Shown: piece by piece, positions 53,417 to 61,541 of the stretch
Layout of the letters: each line of letters begins with the position of its first letter
Position numbering within the stretch: the first letter of the stretch is position 1
From: Aquabacterium fontiphilum
GTDB lineage: Bacteria; Pseudomonadota; Gammaproteobacteria; Burkholderiales; Burkholderiaceae_C
Direction: 5' to 3'
Length of the DNA: 64,000 nucleotides
Assembly (NCBI RefSeq): GCF_009909205.1
Contig: NZ_JAAAPN010000005.1
Location: 84,847-148,846, forward strand
Notes under the pieces: generated by a model
The model's database searches: none
What the model saw: only the letters and a program-made list of their open reading frames with translations
What the model was told of the DNA's origin: nothing
Program-made: the position numbers and the translations under genes

Positions 53417-54199
53417 TCAGGTGTCTGAGCGCGGGTTGGCGGTATCGGGATGCGCGAGCAAGGCCTTGGCGGCCTCCACCCGCAAGGCCAGCGGCGCCCG
53501 GTCATCTTGCATCACCTGCAGCAGAAACTGCCGGGGCCCGAGCGACGCCGCGGGCGATGGCGCATGGGCCGCTGGGGTATCAAGGGCCGGCCCGGGCGGC
53601 TGGGTGTCCGATGCCGCCTGCGAGCCCGCGTGCGCTTGCGGGGCGATGGCAGCCAGGGCGGTTCGCCAGGCGGTGGCGTCGATGGGCCGGAGCGCCGTCA
53701 GCAGGTCGGCCTGGCCATCGTCTGCGGGCGGGATGTCGAGCCAGGGGGCATCGGCAAAGATGGGCGCCAGCCCCGCCGTCACAAAGGCCGACCATTGCCC
53801 CGCCTGCACCGGCGCGGGCGGCAAGGTGGGCGTGAGCAGGGTGCCTTCGGCGGGCCACTGCCGCACCGCCCGAGCGGGCAGCGCCCCCAGAAAACGCGCA
53901 CGCAGCGCGTCGAGAACGGCCTGTGCGGCCTCTGGCGCCACCGGCTCGGCGAGGCTGAACCACAGCTGAAAGCCATCGCGCCCGTTGACGGCGATGGCCG
54001 GTGCTGGCCAGCCCCACTCGTCCTGAACGCCTTGCCAGACCGAAGCCAGCGCATCCCAGCCCCCCGGTCGGCCCACCTCCAGCAAGAGGGCACGGGTCAA
54101 GGTTGGATGGTCGTACAGGCGCTGTTGCTCGGCTTCACGTCGGCTCAGGGGCATGCTGTCTGTCCTCGGGACGGATCTCAGGATGGGACCACGACCCAC
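53417..54199 (-). CDS. Hypothetical Ala/Pro-rich protein (260 aa), last gene of the SDR-cat operon
   Basis: ORF overlaps the upstream cat gene by 22 nt. No recognisable motif. Start (GTG per track) uncertain. Confidence 0.45.
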   Translation of the reverse strand: MGRGPILRSVPRTDSMPLSRREAEQQRLYDHPTLTRALLLEVGRPGGWDALASVWQGVQDEWGWPAPAIAVNGRDGFQLWFSLAEPVAPEAAQAVLDALRARFLGALPARAVRQWPAEGTLLTPTLPPAPVQAGQWSAFVTAGLAPIFADAPWLDIPPADDGQADLLTALRPIDATAWRTALAAIAPQAHAGSQAASDTQPPGPALDTPAAHAPSPAASLGPRQFLLQVMQDDRAPLALRVEAAKALLAHPDTANPRSDT

Positions 54200-54834
54200 T
54201 GGTCGGCTTGCGCACAGCGGGCTTCCAGGTGTTCAAAGAATCGCGCGACGTGCACGCCATCGACCGTGCCGTGGTGGACCTGGATGGCCACAGGCATCTG
54301 CCAGCGGCCAGCCGACTCGTTGAGCTTGCCCAGCGTGATGACCGGCACATGGGCGTACATCGGGTCATAGGGATGGGTAAAGCCGGTGAAGGCCAGCCAC
54401 GGCACGCTGGAGATGAAGAACAGGTGGTGCTTGGCGCCCAACGACAGGTCGGGCGCCTGCTGAACGGCCGCCATGCGTGCGCGGGTCTCGCGGCTGTAGG
54501 CAGCAAAGTCATCAAGGTGCACACCGTCGCAAAAGCTGAACAGGTCGCCTTCGCGGGCCACCGTGTAGCCCGGGTCGGTGTGCGTGTACTCGTACAGCAC
54601 ACCGTCGACCACGCGATGCCGCAACGCCGCCACGGCGTTGACGGAGCAGGACACCGCATGGCTGCTGGCCACGAACAGCGAGGCGCCTGTACGCACGCAG
54701 GCCTGCTTGAGTGCCGTGATATCGACCGCACAGGTGACGCTGAACTGCGGCATCTGCCGGTCGATGAAGGCGCGCAGGATGTCGGCGCGCGGGTAGTCGG
54801 CCAGGTCGATGACCCGGCGGGAAGGTGTGCTCAC
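54178..54834 (-). CDS. cat: Type A chloramphenicol O-acetyltransferase family protein
   Basis: …HHLFFISSVPWLAFTGFTHP… and …MPVAIQVHHGTVDGVHVARFFEHLE… correspond to CAT …[24 protein letters not shown]… (catalytic His in HH-x-x-DG). 218 aa. Confidence 0.8.
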   Translation of the reverse strand: MSTPSRRVIDLADYPRADILRAFIDRQMPQFSVTCAVDITALKQACVRTGASLFVASSHAVSCSVNAVAALRHRVVDGVLYEYTHTDPGYTVAREGDLFSFCDGVHLDDFAAYSRETRARMAAVQQAPDLSLGAKHHLFFISSVPWLAFTGFTHPYDPMYAHVPVITLGKLNESAGRWQMPVAIQVHHGTVDGVHVARFFEHLEARCAQADQWVVVPS

Positions 54835-55718
54835 GCGCGCGCCTGGGCGGCCATGGCCTGGCTCACCTCGTTGTGGCCCTGCTCGGCCCCGCTTTGCGGC
54901 ACGGTGGCACCGGCCGACGCGGTGACCGCACCCAACTGTGCCACGAGCTGCTCGGGCACGTGCGACCCGACGCCCAGGTGCAGGCCGCGGGTGAGCGTGA
55001 TCTGCGCGGCCTCAAAGGTGCCGGCGCCGGCGCACAGAATGGTGCGATTGGGCGCGTCGTCGTGCACCAGTGCGAGTAGCGCGGGCACGACCGCCTCGGG
55101 CTGCAGCAGCGACAGCATGGCGGGCGGCAGCAGGCCTTCGGTCATCTGCGTGGCGGCGGTGGGCGCCAGGCAGTTCACGCGGATGTCGTGCTTGGCGCCT
55201 TCAATCGACAAGGTCTGCATCAGGCCGACCAGCGCCATCTTGGCGGCGCCGTAGTTGGCCTGGCCGAAGTTGCCGAAGAGGCCAGACGACGAGGTGGTCA
55301 TCACGATGCGGCCATGCTTCTGCGCGGTCATCAGCGGCCACACGGCCTTGGTGCAGTGCACGGCACCCATGACGTGCACATCCATCACGAGCCGGAAGTC
55401 GTCCAGCTCCATCTTGGCAAACGACTTGTCGCGCAGGATGCCGGCGTTGTTGACCAGGATGTCCACGCGGCCCCAGGTGTCCTGCACCCGTTGCACCATG
55501 GCCTGCACCGCCGCCATGTCGGTGACCGAGCAGGCCACGCCGAGTGCCTCGCCGCCGGCTGCCCGGATCTCATCGGCCACGCGGGCCACAGCCTCGGGTG
55601 AGAGGTCGTTGACGACCACCTTGGCGCCGCGGGCTGCGAGGGCCAGGGCATGTTGACGGCCCAGGCCGCCGCCTGCGCCAGTGACGATGGCCACGCGGCC
55701 ATGGAATGCGAGTGTCAT
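54831..55718 (-). CDS. Short-chain dehydrogenase/reductase (HSD17B4/MFE-2 N-domain-like)
   Basis: GRVAIVTGAGGGLGRQHALALAARGAKVVV…NNAGILRD…YGAAK; its stop overlaps the cat start by 4 nt. Confidence 0.8.
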   Translation of the reverse strand: MTLAFHGRVAIVTGAGGGLGRQHALALAARGAKVVVNDLSPEAVARVADEIRAAGGEALGVACSVTDMAAVQAMVQRVQDTWGRVDILVNNAGILRDKSFAKMELDDFRLVMDVHVMGAVHCTKAVWPLMTAQKHGRIVMTTSSSGLFGNFGQANYGAAKMALVGLMQTLSIEGAKHDIRVNCLAPTAATQMTEGLLPPAMLSLLQPEAVVPALLALVHDDAPNRTILCAGAGTFEAAQITLTRGLHLGVGSHVPEQLVAQLGAVTASAGATVPQSGAEQGHNEVSQAMAAQARA

Positions 55719-55778
55719 CGAGCGTGTCTCCTTCTGCGCGTCGATGGTACACGCGCCGGGCCGGGCTGCCCGTGGCGC

Positions 55779-58022
55779 TCAGGCGGCATCCGTGCTGATC
55801 ACACAGTGCGTGTTGCGGCCGGCGGCCTTGGCCGCATACAGCGCGCGGTCGGCCGCCTCCAGCAGTGCTTGAGCGCCGTGCTGGCCCCGAGCCTGATAGG
55901 CGATACCGATGCTGGTCTGAACGGGCAGCGTGAGCCCGGCGCTGAGCTCGAAGGGGTGGTCGATCGCCGCCAAGATCTTGCGCGCGACGATGTCGGCTTC
56001 GTGGGCGTGGTTGAGCCCTTCGAGGATGATCACGAACTCGTCGCCCGCCAGGCGGGCCACGGTGTCGGTCATGCGCACGCACGAGGTCAGCCGCAGCGCA
56101 AAGGTCTGCAGGACTTCGTCGCCGATGCCATGGCCATGGGTGTCGTTGATCAGCTTGAAGCGGTCGATGTCCATAAAGGCCAGCGCAATCGGCCGGCCCG
56201 TACGCCGGTGGCGGGCCATTGCCTGGTCGAAGGCTTCTTCGAATGCGCGGCGGTTGGGCAGCCCGGTGAGTGCGTCCGTACGCGCGAGCTGAATGAGCTG
56301 GCGGTGGGCGAGGCGGGTCTCGGTGACATCGGTGGCCAACGCGTACAGGCCCTGTACCTGACCATCGGGAGCCGTGTCCGGGAAGTAGCGCAGATGCAGA
56401 TGGCGCACGTCGTCCCCCTGCGGCACCTCGATGTCGGCTTCGGCCTGCTCGCCCGCCAGCGCCCGTTCGATCAGCGGCCGCCGCAGGGCGTAACCCTGCT
56501 CGCCCAATACGGCGGCCACGTGCTGCCCCACCGCTGCGGCGGGGTCCACGCCCAGCCAGGTCCGGTAGGTTGCATTGCAGAAGCCGTATCGTTGCTCACG
56601 GTCGACGTAGGCCACCAGCACGGGCAGGTTGTCGGTGATCACGCGCACGCGCCGCTCGCTGGCAAGCAGGGCGTCCTGGGCCGAACGGCGCGCAGAGATG
56701 TCGTGCAGAAAGGCAAAGAACACGGGCTTGCCACCGGTCTGCGGCAAGGTGTTGATGGTGACCTCGCAGGGCAGCGTGAGGCCGTCGCGCCGCATCGCGG
56801 GCAACTCCATGCGCTGGCCGATGACCGGGGCCTCGCCCGTGCGGGTCATGTGGGCCATGCCGGCGACGTGGGCCTCGCGCATGGTCGGCGGAATGATGAG
56901 CTGCGCGAGTGGCTGGCCGGTGGCTTCGGCTCGGCTCCAGCCGAACGTCTGTTCCGCCTGGCGGTTCCAGTGGATGACCAGACCATCGCCGTCGATGGCC
57001 ACGAATGCGTCCAGTGCGTTCTCGAGGATGGCTTCCAGCTGCTCGCTGCGCACCCGCAGTTGCTCCGTGCGGTCCAGCACACGGCGCTCCAGGTCGTCGC
57101 GCAGCATGGCCAGCGCGTGTTCGGTGGCCTTGCGGCTGGAGATGTCATCGACCGTGGCCACGAACCAGGCCGGCACACCGTGCTCGCGCACGATGCCTAC
57201 GGTGAGCTGACCCCAGACCACCGTGCCGTCGGGACGCAGGTAGCGCTTCTCCATGGCGTACTGGTCACGTTCGCCCTGCAGCAGGGCCTGCATCTGGGTG
57301 AGGTCGGCATTCAGGTCGTCCGGGTGTGTGACGGCCTGAAAGGTGTGACCGATCAGTGCCGCGGCAGGGCGGCCCAGGATGTCACATATGCGCTGGTTGA
57401 CACGCAGCCATGAGCCATCCAATCCGACCATGGCCATGCCCACGGCCGCGTGTTCGAACAAAGTTTGCACCAGCGCGCCTCGTTGGGCGAGCAGGCGGCC
57501 ATCGGCTTGTGCCAGCGTGCGGGCTTGCAGGCTGGCTTCCCGCCGCAGCAGCTCCTGGCGGGCCAGGTCGGCGAGGTCGGCCAGCGTTGCGAGCTCATCC
57601 GCCGTGAACTCGCGTGGCGACTGATCCAGTACACACAGCGTGCCCAAGGCCAGTCCCTCAACGCTGCGCAGTGGCACGCCAGCATAGGCCCGCACTGCCA
57701 ATGGGCCAGTGACCAGCGGGTTGTCGCGAAAGCGTGGGTCGAGCCGGGCGTCGTGGACGACCAATGGCTCGTCCTTCAGGATGGTGTGCGCACAGAAGGC
57801 CTGACTGCGCGGCGTCTCCGCTGCGTCGAGGCCCGCGCGGGATTTGAACCATTGGCGGTTGGTGTCCAGCAAGGACACCAGCGCCGTGGGGACGCGCAAG
57901 GTGCGTGCTGCCAGCCGGGTCAGGGTGTCGAAAACGGGCTCGTTCGGACTGTCAAGCAGATCCAGCGCGTACAGCAACGCCAGGCGTTGGGGTTCGTTGT
58001 CGGGAAGGGGGGGCTGCTGCAT
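55779..58022 (-). CDS. GAF-PAS-PAS-GGDEF signalling protein (diguanylate cyclase-type, A-site motif RLAGDEF)
   Basis: C-terminal …LTGLPNRRAFEEA…FMDIDRFKLINDTHGHGIGDEVL…RLAGDEFVIIL… GGAGAC RBS ahead of Met35 of the track ORF. 747 aa. Confidence 0.8.
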   Translation of the reverse strand: MQQPPLPDNEPQRLALLYALDLLDSPNEPVFDTLTRLAARTLRVPTALVSLLDTNRQWFKSRAGLDAAETPRSQAFCAHTILKDEPLVVHDARLDPRFRDNPLVTGPLAVRAYAGVPLRSVEGLALGTLCVLDQSPREFTADELATLADLADLARQELLRREASLQARTLAQADGRLLAQRGALVQTLFEHAAVGMAMVGLDGSWLRVNQRICDILGRPAAALIGHTFQAVTHPDDLNADLTQMQALLQGERDQYAMEKRYLRPDGTVVWGQLTVGIVREHGVPAWFVATVDDISSRKATEHALAMLRDDLERRVLDRTEQLRVRSEQLEAILENALDAFVAIDGDGLVIHWNRQAEQTFGWSRAEATGQPLAQLIIPPTMREAHVAGMAHMTRTGEAPVIGQRMELPAMRRDGLTLPCEVTINTLPQTGGKPVFFAFLHDISARRSAQDALLASERRVRVITDNLPVLVAYVDREQRYGFCNATYRTWLGVDPAAAVGQHVAAVLGEQGYALRRPLIERALAGEQAEADIEVPQGDDVRHLHLRYFPDTAPDGQVQGLYALATDVTETRLAHRQLIQLARTDALTGLPNRRAFEEAFDQAMARHRRTGRPIALAFMDIDRFKLINDTHGHGIGDEVLQTFALRLTSCVRMTDTVARLAGDEFVIILEGLNHAHEADIVARKILAAIDHPFELSAGLTLPVQTSIGIAYQARGQHGAQALLEAADRALYAAKAAGRNTHCVISTDAA

Positions 58023-58152
58023 CCGAGTGTCTCCGTGGCCGTCAGAATGCCCAAGTCCGCCACGTTGGCCCATGGCAAAACCACGCTGACGTCGTGGTTT
58101 GCGGGCAGGCCTGTGACTTGCCAATGGAGCGGCATTCCGGATACGAGGAGCA

Positions 58153-58506
58153 TTGATGGCCCTGCCTCACGCCCATCCCATGGAAGTGATCGACCTGGCG
58201 CCGCTGGGTGCGCGCTTGGCGGACACGCCCAGCACCAGCCTGATCCGGGCCGAAGGATTGCAATTGCTGCACATCGTGCTGCGCGACGGGCAAGATCAGC
58301 CGTTGCACAGCGTGGCATGTGCCAGCGTGCTGCATTGCCTGGAGGGGCGAGTAGAGGTGTTCTGGCCCGGCGGCGTGCTTCCGCTGCAGGCCGGCCGGCT
58401 GGTGGTGTTGCCAGGTGGGCAGGTGCACGGGTTGCGCGCCCGCAGCGACGCAGCCGTGCTGGTGACCCTGCTGGCGGAGCACGCCGCCGGGGGCGATCAG
58501 CGGTAG
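58153..58506 (+). CDS. Cupin-domain protein (117 aa)
   Basis: Small beta-barrel-type sequence …HCLEGRVEVFWPGGVLPLQAGRLVVLPGGQVHGLRA… (cupin motif G(X)5HXH…G…P…G…H-like). Confidence 0.55.
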   Translation: MMALPHAHPMEVIDLAPLGARLADTPSTSLIRAEGLQLLHIVLRDGQDQPLHSVACASVLHCLEGRVEVFWPGGVLPLQAGRLVVLPGGQVHGLRARSDAAVLVTLLAEHAAGGDQR

Positions 58507-58742
58507 AAGGCTTCGACCTGGCCTTTTAGCTTGATCAGCATGGGGCGACCCTTGCGGTCCAGCGTGCGACCCGCAGCGACCTTGATCCAGCCTTCGCTGA
58601 CGCAGTACTCCTCGACATCGCCGCGCTCCTTGCCGTTGAAACGGATGCCGATGTCGTGCTTGAACACGTCGGCGTTGTAGTGGGGGCTGCGCGGATCGAT
58701 CGACAGATGGTCGGGAAGGGCGGGGCGCTCGGTCTGGCTCAT
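58497..58742 (-). CDS. Small conserved hypothetical protein (DUF3297-like, about 81 aa)
   Basis: MSQTERPALPDHLSIDPRSPHYNADVFKHDIGIRFNGKER… Start at Met4 of the track ORF. Its 3-prime end overlaps the cupin gene convergently. Confidence 0.45.
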   Translation of the reverse strand: MSQTERPALPDHLSIDPRSPHYNADVFKHDIGIRFNGKERGDVEEYCVSEGWIKVAAGRTLDRKGRPMLIKLKGQVEAFYR

Positions 58743-58791
58743 GGTTCGCAAACAGGTGGACAGGCCGCCAGTTTACGTTCACCCTGAGGGC

Positions 58792-59580
58792 TCAGGCCGC
58801 ATCGTCGTAGCGCAGCGGATGTGTCTGGCTGCGTGTGCGGCACGCCCGGGCGAAGGCCTCCAGGCTGCGCTGGTAGAAGGGGATGCGGTCGTGCTGCCAT
58901 TCCGGGTGCCACTGCACGCCGTAGGCGAAGGCCTTGGCGTCGGCCACGCGCACGCCCTCGACCAGCCCATCGGGTGCATGTGCTTCGGCCACCAGGCCGG
59001 GTGCCAGCTCACGGATGCCCTGGGCGTGGAGCGAGTTGACGCGTGCGGTGAGGCCGCCCGCCCACTGGGCGAATGCGCTGCCGGGCGTCAGCATCACATC
59101 GTGGCGCTCGGCAAACTGCGCCTCCAGGTCGTCGGTTTCCGGCTCGCGGTGGTCGAGCCGGCCGGTCTCGGTGTGCAACTGCTGGTAGAGCGAGCCGCCG
59201 AGGGCGACGTTGATCTCCTGCAACCCGCGGCAGACGCCGAGAAGCGGCGTACCGGACTCGATGGCCGCGCGTACCAGCGCCATCGTGAGCCGGTCGCGTC
59301 GCGGGTCCAGCAGATCGCTTTCAAGGGCGCTGAGACCGAAGTGGTATGGGTCCACATTCGACGGCGAGCCCGTGAGCAACACGCCATCGACCAGCGGGAG
59401 CAAGCCGGGCACATCCGCAGCACCGGCCATCGGGAACAGTACGGGCTGCATGCGCAGCTGGCATACCACGGCGGCATAGCGGTCGGCCAGCACCGTGTAG
59501 CCGCCCGGGTCGGACAGGTCCAGATGGCGGTGGCACGCCGGCAGCCAGACCAGCGGCTTGTGGGCAGGCACGCGCGGCAT
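58792..59580 (-). CDS. Class I glutamine amidotransferase / gamma-glutamyl-GABA hydrolase (PuuD, peptidase C26) family
   Basis: …LLGVCRGLQEINVALGGSLYQ… (catalytic Cys in GxCxG) and …WHPEW… (His). 262 aa. Confidence 0.75.
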   Translation of the reverse strand: MPRVPAHKPLVWLPACHRHLDLSDPGGYTVLADRYAAVVCQLRMQPVLFPMAGAADVPGLLPLVDGVLLTGSPSNVDPYHFGLSALESDLLDPRRDRLTMALVRAAIESGTPLLGVCRGLQEINVALGGSLYQQLHTETGRLDHREPETDDLEAQFAERHDVMLTPGSAFAQWAGGLTARVNSLHAQGIRELAPGLVAEAHAPDGLVEGVRVADAKAFAYGVQWHPEWQHDRIPFYQRSLEAFARACRTRSQTHPLRYDDAA

Positions 59581-59597
59581 GGTGCGCTCCTGAGGCC

Positions 59598-60494
59598 TCA
59601 GTGCTGGCTGGCCCCGCGACCGAAAACCTGACCGCGCTGGCTGGCCCGGTAAAGCGCGCCCTCGCTGTGCTGCGCTGGCTCGTCGCGCTGCTGGCGATCG
59701 GCTTGTCGTGCGGCCATGCGGTCGCTGAGGCTGGGCATGAAGCGGGCTGCCGCCACATTGAGCTTGGCCATGACGCCGACGGTGATGTCTCGCCCGCCTT
59801 CGGTGGCGGCCTTCAGGATGGCCTGGGCCACTTCCCGAGGGTCGAGCTGCGGCGTGGGCAGCTGCGGTTCGACCGACAGGTAGTTGCGTGCGTTGTCGGG
59901 GAAGGGTGTGTTGACCGCTGTGGGCTGGATCAACACGATGGACACCGGGGCTTTGTCAAGCTGCTCCACCTCGACGCGCAGCGCGTCGGTGAAGCCCTTC
60001 ACCGCGTGTTTCGAGGCGCTGTACATGCCCTGCAGGGGCAGCACGGTATCGGACACCTCGCTGCCCAGGTTGATCAGCGCACCGCCATGGCGCTTGAGGT
60101 GGGGCAGCGCGGCGAGCGAGCCGTAGACCACGCCCCAGAAGTTGGTGTCGAACAGCTTGCGGTTGTCGGTGTCGGAGACCTCTTCCAGCCGGCCGAAGAT
60201 CGACACACCTGCGTCATTGATCCAGGTGTCGATGCAGCCAAAGTGGCTGATGGCGGTGTCCGCCACCGTTTGCATGTCGGCCTGACGACCTACATCGGCC
60301 ACCACCGAGATGGCTCGGGCCCCGGCGATCTGCAGGCGCTGCACGATGGACTCGAGCGTCTCGCCACTGCGCGCGACCAACACCAGTTTGGCGCCGGCCT
60401 CCGCGGCGGCTTCTGCGGTGGCCAGGCCGATGCCGCTGGAGGCGCCGGTGATGACGATGACCTGTTCGTGAAGGGGCTTGAGGTGAACGGACAT
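59598..60494 (-). CDS. Short-chain dehydrogenase/reductase
   Basis: VIVITGASSGIGLATAEAAAEAGAKLVLVAR…NDAGV…YSASKHAV; 298 aa. Confidence 0.85.
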   Translation of the reverse strand: MSVHLKPLHEQVIVITGASSGIGLATAEAAAEAGAKLVLVARSGETLESIVQRLQIAGARAISVVADVGRQADMQTVADTAISHFGCIDTWINDAGVSIFGRLEEVSDTDNRKLFDTNFWGVVYGSLAALPHLKRHGGALINLGSEVSDTVLPLQGMYSASKHAVKGFTDALRVEVEQLDKAPVSIVLIQPTAVNTPFPDNARNYLSVEPQLPTPQLDPREVAQAILKAATEGGRDITVGVMAKLNVAAARFMPSLSDRMAARQADRQQRDEPAQHSEGALYRASQRGQVFGRGASQH

Positions 60495-60510
60495 GGGGTG
60501 AGCTCCTGTG

Positions 60511-61353
60511 TCAAGAGGCCCCGCGTTTGCGACGGGCCGGGGTGGGTGGGTTGGCGGGATGGGCCAGGCTGCGCTTGAGCAGTTCGGTCAGATCGATCAC
60601 ATTGGTGGGAGCCGACGCCCCCGGCACTTGCGGCTCCAGCGGCGTGACCTGGTGGACATCGCCCGCCTCGCGCTTGCGCTCGACCAGCGCCATCACGGCC
60701 TCGCGGAAGGCGTTGTGGTGGGCTTCTGGCTGCCACGGGCGGCTCATGTCGTCGACCAGCGCGCGCGCCATGCTCAATTCGCGCTCGGTCAGCCCGGCGG
60801 CGCGCGGGCCGGCTTCGGGCAAGGGGATGTCCTCCCAGGTGCGGATCTCGCTGGGCCAGCGCAGCAGATTGAGCACCAGGGCTGGCCCGGAAGCCACCAG
60901 CGCCGCCAGGTGCTGTTGGCTGTGGATCACCACGCGGGCCAGCCCGATGCGCTCGGTGGCCAGCAGGGTCTCGCGCAGCAGCGCGTACACCTTCTCACCA
61001 CGGCTCAGTGGCCCAAGGTAGTAGGGGCGCTCCAGGTGAACGAAGGGCAACTCGCGGGGGTCGATGAAGGCCTCGATCTCGATGGTCTGGGTGGTGCGCG
61101 GGTAGGCGTCGCGCAGTTCGTCATCGCCGACCACCACATACTCACCTTCGCCAGCCGCGACCCCGCGCACGATGTGCTCCTTGGCGATCTCTTTGCCCGT
61201 GCGCTTGTTGATGCGCTTGTAGCCGACCGGGTCCATGGTGCGGCGGTCGAGCCAGTCGAAGTCAATCTGGTCGTCGCGCGTGGCGGGGTACAGGGCCACG
61301 GGAATGTGGACCAGACCGAAGGAAATGGCGCCTTTCCAGATTGAGCGGAGCAT
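60511..61353 (-). CDS. ku: Non-homologous end joining protein Ku
   Basis: MLRSIWKGAISFGLVHIPVALYPAT… canonical bacterial Ku start. GAGGG RBS. Start at Met48 of the track ORF. 280 aa. Confidence 0.9.
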   Translation of the reverse strand: MLRSIWKGAISFGLVHIPVALYPATRDDQIDFDWLDRRTMDPVGYKRINKRTGKEIAKEHIVRGVAAGEGEYVVVGDDELRDAYPRTTQTIEIEAFIDPRELPFVHLERPYYLGPLSRGEKVYALLRETLLATERIGLARVVIHSQQHLAALVASGPALVLNLLRWPSEIRTWEDIPLPEAGPRAAGLTERELSMARALVDDMSRPWQPEAHHNAFREAVMALVERKREAGDVHQVTPLEPQVPGASAPTNVIDLTELLKRSLAHPANPPTPARRKRGAS

Positions 61354-61541
61354 GGGGCCCTCACGCATGGGTGGCCGCGGGATCACCGACGACCATTGCA
61401 GGATGGTGTGTGCAGACTTGCGCCAGATCAGCCGGCAGGTGGCGTGCCTGCGAGCGGGGTGGCACGCCCCGGGGCGCGGCAGCTGCCTGCCCATCCGCCC
61501 TGCCGACGGTTGTTGGGCGCGCGGCTTGCTCCTTGGCCGGC

